DNA from: Elsinoe ampelina
Taxonomy: Eukaryota
Assembly (NCBI GenBank): GCA_010093995.1
Contig: ML992503.1
Coordinates: 983,234-1,047,233 of the forward strand
Direction: 5' to 3'
Length of the DNA: 64,000 nt
Under the pieces are notes generated by a model, which was given only the letters and a program-made list of their open reading frames with translations, did not search any database and was not told the DNA's origin. The position numbers and the translations under genes are program-made. This document shows, piece by piece, positions 47,851 to 61,130 of this stretch (its first letter is position 1; every line of letters begins with the position of its first letter).

Positions 47851-48748
47851 TCATTCTTTCTTCCACGCTTCGAACTCTTCATCGAGGTGTGCTTTGAGCT
47901 TCGCGAACTTGTTCCCGAAGTTCTGTCCACATCGCCAACATCGAAGGTCCTGATCGAGAATGCCATTTGCTCCAGGATGTCTCCGAACATCATCTGGCGC
48001 AAGTGGGAATGCTTCTAAAGGAACCAAAAAGTCGGTGTTGAAGGACTCGTAGTGTTTCCGATGACGCATACATTCGTTCACGTTGTCTCGAGACATGACA
48101 TGGACATGTAGATGCGTCATGGACGGATGTGCATGGATGCCGGCCTTCACCTCCTTCAGCCAGTCTCGTCCAGGTGGCAGCTCATCGGGCATCTCGTCCG
48201 CCTCCATAGCTTCGATTCGAGCTTGCTCCTGAGTGGAATACCGTCCATACCGTCTCCGCAGCTCGCTCGCCACTAATTGCTTAGCTTTCTCGGTTTCCAC
48301 CTTCGTCTTCGCCAGGAACTCCGGGTCTTCGAAAGCGTCAAAGGGATGTTCTTCGTTCTTGATCGGATCTCGCGGAAGCACCAGTGTATGTATGCTGGAC
48401 TTGGGGTACATGTCATGGATGAGGACGAAATCGTCATTATACGAGATCATCCGATCAGGGCCGAAGGCTTCCGGCTCTACGGTATATGCTTTTAAGCCGT
48501 CCCTGCCACCGTAGAATTTCTTGTTCTCCCAGGGTTTGTGATTAGGATCTGCCGGCTTGGGCTTCTTAGACATCAATGTAGTGACTGCTTGCATCAGCCA
48601 CTATCTTAGAGACCTAGACAGATAGATCTTTACAAGCATTTGTGGACTTCTTCTCTGAACTTCCAGCCAATGCATTTTTCTCCGGTATAGCGGTCCCTCG
48701 AATCTCTTCTCCTGTGACACTATCGATGCCACTTTCGTCATGGCCCAT
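47851..48748 (-). CDS. HNT3: Aprataxin-like HIT/zinc-finger DNA deadenylase
   Basis: DMYPKSSIHTLVLPR, the HIT motif GIHAHPSMTHLHVHVMS, KHYESFNTDF and the zinc finger CWRCGQNFG..LKAHL. Intron ~48586-48633. Confidence 0.92.
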
Positions 48749-49138
48749 ATTCTTCGTCGTTAAGTCCGCCGAAGTGTGATCTTTGTCAAGGTGGCGATCT
48801 AGTACAACCCTCCGTCTTTGAGAAGGCGAAGCGGAAACGAAAATAAATTGGATTATGCGTGATCTTTCGGCAACCGATGAAGATGGAAACTGGGTCAAGA
48901 TGTTTGTCATGAAGATTGAGCAGATGTTTAGGCAAACAGCAAGCGATCTTGTCCCAAGGCAATGAGGTAATGCTGTCACGTGCTTTCGTGTGAAGGATCC
49001 ACCGCGGAGTTTGCTGCCTGACTTTCATCCTTCACTATTAGCACATTTCACATCGCCACTCACCTTGCGCTGATAATGCTTCCTTTCACTCTTTGGATCA
49101 CTTGAATCACACGCATATTACATCGCATTCATACATCC

Positions 49139-51137
49139 ATGGCGAGATCACAGAGGAAGCGACAAGCGCGACTTGAATTCACTCCACTACCATCTTCTTC
49201 ACCCGCGGCCGCCACCTATAATCAGCAAATTCGTGATCGAGCGGCGGCAGTGGGTCTACAAGGATCGCCGAATCGTAGCAAGCGCCGAAAGATCACGCAT
49301 GCCTCAACAAATGGAGGCGACAGTGAGCTTTGTGAGTCTTTACTATCAGACCAGTATGTGAGGATGAAATCTCATATGCTTAGCTGCCCTACCTACGCCC
49401 GATGCTTCAAGTGCACAGCCTGAGCACGGCACCGAAACCATCACTCTAGACAGCGACAGTGATGATCCTCTACCACTACTCCCCTCCCGCATCCGTCGGA
49501 ACAAGAAAGCATATCAAACCACTTTGGATCTGAGGGGCCCAAGAACTTCCGAAGACTCTGCGAAGCAGCAGCTTTCATCGCCACTACGCAGGAAGATGAA
49601 TTCTTCGCCGGCACCTACGCCTGACAGTGGCGCATTCTTCCGCAGGAATTCTCCTCAGCTCAAAGCTCTGCCTCATGCGAATACACGATCAAAGAGGTCA
49701 CACGTACCAACCGCGAGCGACAGCGATGAGGATCTTGAGGTTCTTCCGAACAGGAAGGCTTCCGACAACTTCATCGAGCTGAGTGGAAACGACGACGACG
49801 ACGACGACGACTCTGACCAGATGCCGATCACCCCAGCGACCAAACGACATCGAGGTTCCCAGAAGCTCACCATTCAGGAGTCGTCGGATGAATCTGAGCT
49901 GGAGGACGAGCCTCCGAAGAGCTCGCGACTCAGGCGAGGACGGCGGAAGGAGATATCTGACGTCGAGAAATCCGCCTCGGAGGGGTGCGAGGATGATCAT
50001 CCGCGTCGATCGTCTGGCCATGCGCTTACGCAAGAAGAGAAACAGGAGCTTGAGGACGATCTCAACGACCTCAAGTCGAGCTCGAGCGAGGAAGAGACCA
50101 CAAGGCGCTCTCAAAAGCCTGCCAAATCTGAAAGGGCGCTTGCTCTAGAGAGACTCAAGCGTGCCAGAGCAGGGACTAGAGAGCCGCACAAGGAGGTCGT
50201 GAACATCGAATCAGACGAAGACGAAGAGTTCATCGATCCAGAGTCCTCCGATGACGACCAGGTGCAGGAGGTCATACCTCAAAGCACTGCAAGGGAGATA
50301 TTTGACGCCAACGAGGACGACGAAGACTTTCTGGCCGACGATGGTGACGAGACGTTAGGTGCACCAGATGGTCTGCCCCTCCAATTCACACGCTACGCCT
50401 CCATGAAGCCGAGCGAGCTTTTCCATTTCGCCGTCGAATGGATGGTTCAAAAAAAGATCAACCCTGGGTTCAACATCACAGACGAAATCTACGACCTCGC
50501 ATTCAAGAAGCTTGACGACGAAGTCAAAGGCCTCGTGGGATCAAAATTCGAGTCCTCTGCATGGAAGCCAGACTTCATCTTCGCCCTACGCGCCAGACCA
50601 GACATGGCCAAAGCCAGAATGGACCGCTCCCAGCCCGACCTCATGTACATGGACAAGTGCGACGCCTGCAACCGATCTGGCCACTTCCCTAGCTACGAGG
50701 TCCAGTTCCAAGGCAAGCCTTACCACCCTCAGACCCTCGAAGAAGTCGAGCAACACGAAGATTCCGACGACGAAAGCGACACGGAAGGCACCATGCGCGA
50801 CTCTCGCGGCCAGGTTCTCCCACCGGCCACCCACTCCTTCTTCGTGGGGAAGCACTGCATGGCGAACGCAGACATGGCGCATTCGCTGCAGCACTGGCGT
50901 TATCACCTCTACGAGCACGTCGTGGAGAAGCTGGGCGAGCTGGGGCACATGAAGCCGGCCAAGATCGTGGAGAGAGACGGTTGGGGGGAGCCGAAGCGGA
51001 GGAAGTTTGCGAATAAGCTGGTGGATCAGTTTTCGGATATGGGGACGGTGAAGGAGCTGTATTCGGGGTTTAAGCAGCAGGTGGATGATGCGAGGAATTT
51101 GAAGCAGGGGGGGAGGTGGCAGGGGGATTCGCCATGA
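49139..51137 (+). CDS. DUF4211 (CCDC82-like) domain protein with long acidic disordered N-terminus
   Basis: FAVEWMVQKKINPGF, SKFESSAWKPDF..ALRARP, CDACNRSGH and AHSLQHWRYHL. Intron ~49324-49383. Confidence 0.75.
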
Positions 51138-51594
51138 GGGAGATTGGATGGAGGAGGGGAGGGTTTGGATGAGAGATGAAGCAGGAACTGTACGCAGTTG
51201 GGAGTCACTGAGGTCGAGGAACGCACAGGAATAATGGTTGCCTCGGAGCGGGGTCGATACCCATTTCGTTATGATATATACCTCGATGGCATGTACTCGT
51301 CTCGCAATGCTCCGCGAGCAGACCTTCTGACTATGATATCCGCTCCTCGTTTTCTTCTCCAATCCTGAGTCAGGGAGTCTGCTTCGTAGACGTCCTCTCC
51401 CTGCTATTTCCAGGACTCAGTGACTCGCCGAGACACTTGTAGCTCGCCGTTATGGCGGCAGTATCCAGCCAAGGTACCCATCATGTGTCGCTGTTTTCCC
51501 TCAATCGTGGACCTGAACCTTCTATACCCCCGGTGCACTGGCTTCTTTTCGTCTTCTTCTTCATCATGTCTCAACACAAGCCCTTCACATGTGC

Positions 51595-51982
51595 TCATCT
51601 GATCGTCCTCCCCTCCCCCTCCCTCCCCATCGTCTTACCCTTCGCCCCCTTCTTCCCAGGCGGACCCTCACTCATGATCCTCTCCAGCCCCAGATCCCTC
51701 CAAGCAGGTTCCTTCTGCCTCTGCGTCGCTCTCTGAATCCCAAACGCCGCGTGCTCGTTGGGGACTACGTCGTCTTCGTCCTCTGGGTTCAAAGGCTGAT
51801 GTTGTGGCGGGACGAGGATCTCTTCGGGCGAGAGATTGGTGCGGGTGAAGTCCTCTAAGAGGTCGGCATGGTGGCTCTTGTGCAGGTGGAGGTAGGTGTG
51901 GGAGGAGTCGCGGGTCTGGACGTGGTGATCAGCCAGGGCTAGCAGGGGAGAGGCCAGGCGAGAGAGAGGGGAGAGGTACCAT
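51595..51982 (-). CDS. APC13: Anaphase-promoting complex subunit Apc13/Swm1-like
   Basis: An ATG-only first exon (51980-51982) splices to TRDSSHTYLHLH..VPPQHQPLNPEDEDDVVP..HAAFGI..AWRDLGL. Confidence 0.75.
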
Positions 51983-52309
51983 CGTTTCTTGAGCTGGGTT
52001 AGACGCACGTCGGTCAAGCAAAGCTGTATTTCTCGGTGATGTACCTGCATCTGTTTACCATTCTTCATCCTCAAGGTTCCCCACACATCAACTCCGGCCT
52101 CGGATGAGCTCGCAGAATCCACTAAGCGCTCTCGAGCGGCCCCGGCCCGAAGCGCGCGCGGCTCTTCCAAGTCTTGGCTCACTTTGATTTTGGATACTCG
52201 CCTCCAGAATTTCCAGACCCGCACAGCAGAACACGCACTCCGTCGACGACAGCAACCACCTTTCGCGCTCCATCACAACTCGGACAGTCGCAAATCGCAC
52301 ACCGCAATC

Positions 52310-52589
52310 ATGTCTCACGAATCGGTCTGGTACTCGCGTCCTAGGACTTATGGCAAGGGCGCCCGTGGCTGGTAAGGAGGTTATGGCACAAGCGGGATGG
52401 ATCCAGAGTGCTGATTTTTGGGGATATAGCCGTGTCTGCACCCACAAGGCTGGTTTGATCCGCAAGTATGGATTGAACGTCTGCCGTCAGTGCTTCAGGG
52501 AGAAGTCGCAGGATATTGGATTCGTCAAGGTGAGTTTTGGATATGGATTGGACGGAGGGGACAGGGATTGACTGGCGCAGCTCCGATAA
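52310..52589 (+). CDS. RPS29: 40S ribosomal protein S29 (uS14)
   Basis: [20 protein letters not shown] / [34 protein letters not shown] / LR*, with two introns. Confidence 0.97.
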
Positions 52590-54032
52590 ATGCATTTTCG
52601 AAATCACGACTTCTTCATATGACGACTGTGCGGTGTGAGTTGAGGGGGGGAGGAAGGAGTGCTATGAGGTCGTGTGCAGCTGGCAGTGGATACAAGATGG
52701 TGGTTGATGGGCATGTCGGAAGGGACATAAAAGGCGTATGCGGTATGGACGATATACATCAGTCACGCATGATCAAGACTGGTCGATAGCACGACGAAAT
52801 CGATACTGGTAGTCATTTTCTGTCACGGACACTTCTCGGTCACACTATCGAGTTGGTCATAAGACTGCGGAACAAGGCTCGTTGTGCAAGCGAGATGTCC
52901 GAGTCGGTGCACGTTCGTCGTGGCCCATGTCATGCCCGGTGGATTGTCATGCCAATAGCATACATCACCCGCCTTGCACTATTTGTTCGTGCCGTTTGAC
53001 TGTCACTTTGTATATATGGACCGGCACGACGGCAGAAGGTTCTATCACGGCTCTGTCTGCTTCCATCGTAGAACGATCGAATGTTAACTGGCAGAAGTGA
53101 CGAATGATTGCTTGGGAATTGCAACGGTGACAGCGTAATAAGGACAAACAGCCCGTACTGGAAGTCATTGAAACGGGTGGCAATACTGGTTTCACCAGGT
53201 GGATATGCAACTGTAGGCATGACCTGGCGGGAGCAAAAGGCGACGAGGGTCGATTGCGGTGCATTGCCGGGGGCACGGATGGCTTGACGGATGTATGGTT
53301 GACCGTTGTGATTATCGTCTGTATTCCTTTGGTCGGTGAAGGACTTGGGAAGTGGTGGGCAGAGGCGCTGCATGCTGTAGTTGTAGACGCGTGGTAGTCG
53401 ACGGTCATGCCACTTTGTCAATAGCAATTCCTGACTTATCGCAAACAGTAATTGTCAAATATCGACAGGCCGAAATGCAGGCATTCGATTCGTCGTCGGG
53501 TGCCACAGATCTGCGAAGCTCAATTTGGGGCGACGCGAACGTTGCTAGTGGAGGGAGACCGACTGGGCTTTGATGAGTAGCCGGTCGCGCCTTGCCCCGT
53601 TCAGTACTTGTCCAAGCACGGACAATTCAGGTTGCCCTGGCCGTTCAGGTTCAGCACTGTTCAGCACTGTTCACAGCTTCCTTTCCCTACCTGCTGCTGC
53701 ATCTCCACCCCAGACACTTCCTCCATTACCGCCAGCCCATCATTCCCGCTTCCATCTTCTCCTGTGCAGTTCGCTCTGCATCCCAGTCGATTCGACATTG
53801 CCATTGCGACCGTCCGTCATTCCAGCGCAAAGGGCAAAACCCCTTGACCTGAGCTTTGAGCGGCGCCCCGGAACTCACCTCCACACCTCCTCTCAGCCCC
53901 CCCGAAACCGAGCCAGAAGTACCTCTCGAGCTCCACCGCATCTTCCTTTTCCTCGTCAAGCAGCAACGTACCTTTCCTAGTTCCGACCGCGCTCGCCGAG
54001 GCGGGCTCGATCACAGCAGTCACACAGCTCAG

Positions 54033-55346
54033 ATGGCCGACGGCAGTGCGGAGTCGGTCCAGCAGAAAATCTCCATTGCGAGGAGAGATGCAGAAGCCCT
54101 CAAGGATCGCATAAAGAAGAAGAAGGATGAATTGGCCGATACTACTCGTGCGTGGAGCTCTAATAATCTCCATTGGTGTCCTTTTGCTGACCTCGATGAT
54201 TCACAGTCCGCGATGTCGCACGCCAGCGAACCGAAGCTCTCCCACGTCTATCCATGAAGACGAAGCGCACTCTCAAAGGTCATCTCGCAAAGATCTATGC
54301 TATGCACTGGTCGACAGATCGACGACATCTCGTTTCGGCCTCTCAAGACGGCAAATTGATCATCTGGGATGCCTATTCCACGAACAAGGTCCACGCTATC
54401 CCTCTGCGATCTTCGTGGGTCATGACCTGCGCCTACGCTCCCAGCGGTAATTACGTCGCGTGCGGTGGGCTGGACAACATCTGCTCCATCTACAACCTCT
54501 CAGCACGGGAAGGCCCGACGCGCGTCGCCCGTGAGCTGTCAGGGCATTCCGGCTATCTCTCGTGCTGCAGATTCATCAACGATCGCCGCATCCTCACATC
54601 GTCTGGTGATATGACATGCGTGCTCTGGGATATTGAGACGGGCCAGAAGCTTACCGAGTTTGCCGACCATTTGGGCGACGTCATGAGCTTGAGCATCAAC
54701 CCTCTGGATAACAACCAGTTTGTGTCTGGTGCATGCGATGCATTCGCGAAGCTCTGGGATATCAGGCAACAGAAGTGTGTCCAAACATTTGCGGCGCACG
54801 ACTCGGACATCAACGCGATTCAGTTCTTCCCCAACGGCAATGCTTTTGGAACTGGTTCGGATGATGCTTCCTGCCGTCTCTTCGATATCCGCGCTGATAG
54901 GGAGTTGCAAAGTTATACTGTACGTTCTAATCCTTTTGCTAGGTCTCGACTGCTGCTGCTCCGCTGCTCGGACTGAAATGCTCACTAATTGGATGCATTT
55001 GCTAACTTTTGACTTTAGATTGGCGAGCCTGTCTGCGGTATCACCTCCGTGGCCTTTTCCGTGTCCGGTCGTCTCCTGTTTGCTGGTTACGACGACTTTG
55101 AGTGCAAGGTGAGAATGAGCATTGGCAAGGCTATCGGACATAAGCTAATCATGCTCAGGTCTGGGACACGCTCCGTGGTGAGCGCGTCGGTACTCTCCAG
55201 GGACATGATAACCGTGTGTCCTGCTTGGGTGTTAGCAACGACGCCATGTCTCTATGCACAGGTTCATGGGATTCGATGGTGAGTTATTTCACATATGATG
55301 TGATATCAGACACTGACAAGCTCTACAGCTGCGAATCTGGGCATAA
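54033..55346 (+). CDS. GNB1: Heterotrimeric G protein beta subunit (SfaD/GNB-1)
   Basis: N-terminal coiled coil, then [41 protein letters not shown] and [16 protein letters not shown]. Four introns. Confidence 0.97.
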
Positions 55347-56900
55347 GAAACAACAACCCTTCTCGATCAATTCACTCAAGCATCTCAATTGGAACACACG
55401 TGGATGGCACGATAGGCAGTGTTCCGCTGCTCTCCTCCAAATACCCTATCTGCCTTTCAGAGTCGGATCAGCGTTTGTTTTGTTTCTTTTACCCGTGGAG
55501 TTGTCGTCGGGGTGGATAAAAGTGGAAGTGCAGCGACCGCGAGTCCGTCATCATCCCTCTCCGTCACCCATCATCATCATCGACGAGCGTTATCGGTCAA
55601 GGAGTGCTTTGGCTCCTGCAAGGTGGAGTTCTTGACTGCGAAAAGGTGTGGCTCTCTTCTTTCCGATTGCAGGAGCGAATGTCTGGTCGACTTGGACATT
55701 GACCATTCGACCGGACGGGGACTTGCCTGCAGTCTTTCAGCGTACATGAGTGGCTTCTTCCTTCACTATCCCAATCAGAAGTCCAGAGATAGTTCAGAGG
55801 CAGAGATGGTCGACCTTTTTTCATCATCCAGAGATCGAATATGTAATAGTCTGTTCAAAACCCTGTGGACCCGATGTCTATCCGTGATGCCTCGGTGATA
55901 TTAATCGTACTCAGGATGCGACGTGCAGCATACACGCATGCCGTAAGGTACCGTTCTATGCCGCGTGTTCCAGAGGACTCTGAAACCTCTACCAGAATAG
56001 CAAAAGGCGGAAATCCCACGTGGTGAGCCGCGACATTTCAGTCTCGACATGGGTACCATGGGACGACATACTCCGTGCGTGCCTATTGTGAGGACGCTTA
56101 GCAGTCATGAATAATAATGTGTTTCATCAGTGGCATGCTCGCCTGCAAAAAAAGGTACGAGATCTACTGTTGCCGAGCTGTGATTGATCGGAGAAGACGC
56201 CTAGCTCGCATCTAGAGAAGATGGCAAGAGATCCGTGACCATCACGCGGCCACCACTGTCTGTCTCTTTGCAGAGCGGAAGCGGTCAAGGAGGAGTGCAT
56301 CGGACCAGGACACAGGCCCACTCACACACACGGTGACACGCGTTGCCTTGATTCCTGGCCCTGAAGTACGGAGATGGATGTGATTCACAGCTCGCGTCCT
56401 TGGAGTTCGTGATGGACCTTGAACCGTGGAACAGGCTACATGTTAATACCACACCCTTGTGCAATCCCTGTCGCAGAGTCAGGCAACTCAATCACCTCCA
56501 TGGTACTATAACACCGTGTCATTCCCGCGCTGACCACCGCGAATCTCTTCCCATTTCCCCTATTATTATACACCACACCGTCCATCCCCCTGACTCGACA
56601 CCGGTCCCCTTTCTGACAAAAAGGACCCAATCACGCCGACTCTGCCAACGCGCATTACACCCATCATCAGACAGCCTTGCGCTCCTTCAGCAAATTCTCC
56701 AGCGACCACCGACCTAGCCACTTCCCTTGCATTACAGTATACAAAATCCCTCCACACTCTCACGCCCGAAAGCGCATTCGAGGTCATCAATCCCACGTGT
56801 CTGCGGCCCCCGCATCAGCCCTACCAGGCACACGTCCGTCCCAACACCCACCACCCATCCATCTTCTTCTTCCCACACCAAACCAACCCCGACACCAAAC

Positions 56901-57895
56901 ATGGCCACCACCACCGCCGCCCAAGACGAATTCAACGCCCTCTTCTCCTCCAAGAACCAAATCTCCTCGCGCCACCACCCCTCCGACTCGCCCCTCGACC
57001 GCTCCGACGCCGCCTCATTCCTCGAAGACGACTCGGCCTCGGACCACACCCCGCCCGCCTCGGCGCACACCGTCACCAACAACGCCCGCGCCAAATACAC
57101 CGTCCCCTCGGCGCGGCACCAATCCAACACCGGCCCCAAGGGCGTCATCACCGATGCGCAGGCGTACCGCGCCGCCGCGCGCGCCAGGACGAGCGAGGGG
57201 ATGAGTCGGGCGTCGTTCCAGGCGCAACGCGAGGGGGATGTGCGGGTGACGCAGCCGTATGTGCCGGGGGTGGGGGAGGTGAAGGTTTTGGAGGAGGAGG
57301 ATGAGGAGGAGGAGGAGGGACTGGACGGGGAGGACGATGAGGTGTTTATGGAGAGTTGGCGGCGGGAGAGGTTGAGGGAGTTGCAGAATCATAACGGGAG
57401 GAGGATCGGGAGTGCGGGGCGGGAAGGGGGGAGTAGGAAGAGGGGGTTCGGCGGGCTGGTGCCGGTTGATGGGACGGGGTTTTTGGAGGCTGTGGATGGG
57501 AGTGGGAGGGAGACGGTGGTGGTGGTTTATATTTATGATGATCAGGTATGTTGGAGTGGATGACGGAGGGTGGAGGGTGATTGCTGACTGGTGGATAGTC
57601 TGAGGTGTCGGATTTGATCGAGGTGTGTGTGCAGGAGTTGGCGAGGAAGTATATCAATACGCGCTTCGTCAAGCTGCATTATCACGACGCCGAGATGGAG
57701 CCTGCTGGAGTGCCGGCTGTGTTGGCGTACAAGGGGGGCGACAAGTTCGCTGGTCTCGTCCCGGTGTTCAACGAGATCCCAGACGACGCGGACGTCACGG
57801 CATCGACGCTGGAGAAGGTCTTCCAGAAGTGAGTCTCTCTTGATCCGCGGTCAAAAGGGTGATGCTGACATATCAACAGGCATCAAATCCTCTAG
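56901..57895 (+). CDS. phnA: Phosducin-like protein (PhnA/BDM-1; G-beta-gamma chaperone)
   Basis: TAAQDEFN, NTGPKGVITDA (phosducin helix 1), an acidic stretch and the thioredoxin-like VVVYIYDD..RFVKLHY..EMEPAGVPAVLAYKGGD. Two introns. Confidence 0.9.
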
Positions 57896-58358
57896 ATGTC
57901 AAGCCCGACGACGACAGCGATGACTTTGCTTGCGTTTTGCGGGTTGTAAATGGCACTAGACATATGACTACCACATGCTTGCTTCCGTACGAGGAGGAAA
58001 GAAGGGAAGTGGAGATACCCCCTTGGATACGCCGTTTTCTACAGGCTAGATATATGGGACTTTGTAATGGGCGGGCATGGGAGTTGGAGGCAAAGGGCAT
58101 GTACGCTTGGTATAAGAGAGGAATGTAATACTACCACACCATCGTCCTGATCACCATCCTTTGCACCTCCGCGAGCAGCCGGTGCCAGAGATACAGCATT
58201 ATAACAGGTGGCCCTGGTGGTTTCTGACCTGGCATCACTGGCACATGAATTTCCGCGCCTGCCATCAAGATCAAATGGTGGATACGGCTTCGCTTCCAGG
58301 ATTTCTCCGCAGGTCATTTTGCCATTACCACATCCTGCTGATATTCCCCTACCCAACA

Positions 58359-59394
58359 CTAAACAACCATAACCCCACCCACCACCAACCCCGCCACCAC
58401 CCCAGCCAGCATCCACCCCAAACCCCCCCTCCCTGTCCAATTCTGCCTCAACGAAGACGAAGCAGAATCACTAACCTTCACCCTCGCCAACCCGGTCTTC
58501 ACCACCCCTACCTCCCCCGTATGCGTCCCCAACCCTATACTACCGGATTGCACCACCGGCGTCTCATCCGTCAAGTCGGAGCTGAAGGTTTGCGTGAAGG
58601 TGTATGCTACTTGCACCACGTTGCCTGGCGCGATGAGAGAGGGGAGGTAGTATACCGTTACGGGGGAGGCTTGTTGGGGGGCTGTCGCTGCGGCGGCGGC
58701 GGCTGCTTGCTGAGCTGCTGTGCCTGCTGTGCCGGCTGCTGGGGTGGCGACGGGGACCGCGGCGGCGTTGGCTGCGGCGTTGGCTTGAGCTGCCGCTTGG
58801 GCTTGAGCTTGAGCCTGCACGGCAGCTGCTTGTGCCGCGGCCGGAGTGACAGCCGCTGCGCCTGCTGCTCCTGCTGCTGCTGCTGGCGTTGTTGCGGCCG
58901 CGGCTGCTGCTGCTGCGCCGGGAAGGCCTCCTGCGTTAGGGTCGGCGACGACTGCGATGCCTTGTCTTGGGCTAGGAGAGGTCAGATCTGGACGAAGGAC
59001 ATGGAAAGGGGAGCCTGTATCAAAGCAAATACTTACATTAGATGGTTGGGAAGGCGCCCGATGCCGTGGACTGATGGAACTCCTGGGATGGCGGGGATGA
59101 TGGCATTGATGTCCGGCTCAGCGTGAAGGGTCGGGATGAGCGTGTCTTGTGCTTGTTGTCTTTGCAGGCATTAGTGATATGATTTCGACGATGAATCCGT
59201 GTCGCTGCATACAAGGCATCTCGTTTCTCTGCATCTGTCCGTCGTGATGTCGACCTGCTGCCTGACAGAGAGTCTAGGAGATGTTCGATCAAGCTATCTG
59301 AGTCGAGAACGCCTAGGTCGAAACCCGCTCCTGGAGTTGGAGTTGCGGTGGCCAACGATGCCAGTAGCGATACCGGGAGGAGCGAGAACCTCAT
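58359..59394 (-). CDS. Secreted/GPI-anchored Ala/Gln-rich cell-wall protein with KRE1-like C-terminal domain
   Basis: Signal peptide, a KR site, two in-frame introns and poly-Ala/AQ low complexity. YTFTQTFS..SGSIGLGTHTGEVG (Kre1-like) precedes a hydrophobic C-terminus. Confidence 0.75.
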
Positions 59395-61130
59395 TCTGTC
59401 GTTATAGGGTCGTCAACTAGAAATACAATAGAATTACGGCGTGCCCGTGGCTTTGAAGATGCTATGTTTGGCAGGAACGTAGAGATATCAGAAAACAGTA
59501 CGATGCTAAAAGAGTGTCTTCAAAAGAGTGACGGATGGGGGAACGACCAGACCACAACAACAGTAAGCACGAGGCACAAGAACGAAGCTCAAAGTCGGTG
59601 TACCTACAAGAGTCAAAAGGCAATGGAGGAATATTACCTCCACCCCTCGCACGAACCGTGAACGACCAAACAACACTATCATCGCAGATCCAACGTCGTT
59701 GAGCCGCAGGACTGGACTGATCTGGAGTAAGCGCCGCCATGACAGGACTGCAAGTGGTGGCGGCGGAGATGGAGTGTCAGCGGTCGCCCCTGATGAAGTG
59801 CAACGGTTTGATACGTCCTGGACCAGAAGTGTCTTGGCGGCTTGGCAGGGAATTTCGAGACACGACGACCAAGGAGGCGAGATGGCGAACATCTAGTACC
59901 GAGGGTGGAGATCTTGTTAGAGCATCTCACTACTTGATGAGGATGATTATCGAATGGCTAGTTCTTCTCTTCTACACGGCTGATGTGATGGCGATTGTAG
60001 CAGTCTTAGGGTGTAACCCTAATTTTGAGCCAATCAACATTCGATTTCTCCAACCTCGAACGCCACCCATGTCCATGTCCAATTGTATCTTGACTTCTCT
60101 CGCTTCTCGATTTCGCCTTCCACTACTCTTCTACATCACAGCAGAGGCAGTGATCCTCCTGGCTGCACAGCGACTCTTCGACCTCATTCCCGTTGCCCGA
60201 CATGCTTGCCAATTGAAATTGACAGCCCTGACCTGCGGTGGGTTTGCTCGTGCCGATCAAACGCAAGCTATGTGGTCTGAGATGTTCACCTTCGCAATCA
60301 CACTTGACCTAGGATGAAGCCGAGGCGGCAGACGTGGCTTCTAGTCTGGCACAACCTCAGGTTTGTTGCTGCCCAGACCGAGAGTTGGGGCAGCCTCGAA
60401 GAAGAATGGCATGTGCTTTTGGTATGCATACCTCATGGGAGGGTGCTTGGTAATCGTCGCCGTGCTGCGCGCCATGGGGTTTGAAGTCGAAAGAGTGGTT
60501 CCTGTTGTCCGCCTGCCATTCAGTGCTCACATCTCTGGCTTCGCTACCCTGAGCTGCCGTTTCTTTCCCCTTACCTTTACCGGTATGTGGAATGGGTTCG
60601 ATCGAGGTGCCAGACTCTGAGAGGGGGTTCTTCCATTTGGTACCTGAGGTATATAAAGTCGAGGAAGTCCAGGGCCGGTTGAAAATTTGGCAGTCGCTAC
60701 ATAATGGGTTTACGTTGATTCGCGAGGTGCAGGGAGGACTGCAGTACAAGCTTGTCTGATCTGGAGGGTCAATTTTGATGGTTGAAACGGACACTTGATA
60801 CTGTGTAAGTAGTGCGCGAGTCTTAAGGGAGGAACTTTAGACTGGACGTTGTGATCTATGATTTGTAGGAATAGAACAATATCGATGCTTCTCAGATGAC
60901 TTACAGAATGCCGCGTCTCGAATAGGATAGAGGATGAAATTTTTGACGTTTCATTCATTTCAGCAAAGTTGCTAGTCATAATACATACATATCCTTGATC
61001 TTTAATGAGATCAAATCCTCCTTCTCTCGGCTGTCCGGCCGCCCATATGCCGTCCCAGAGTAACAGCTTGATGCCACATAACATCAAGCTTCTTAATGGA
61101 TCTGTGTCCCAGCAAATTTCCCCATCCTTC

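Noticed and set aside
1838..48748. A DNA-repair or uracil-metabolism gene cluster (PARG, UDG-like array, UPRT, DPB11, aprataxin)
   Set aside because: The genes are spread over 47 kb among unrelated housekeeping genes; the sequence gives no sign of co-regulation.
53648..53673. Short direct repeat GTTCAGCACT x2.5 upstream of G-beta
   Set aside because: Too short to assign a function; likely slippage.
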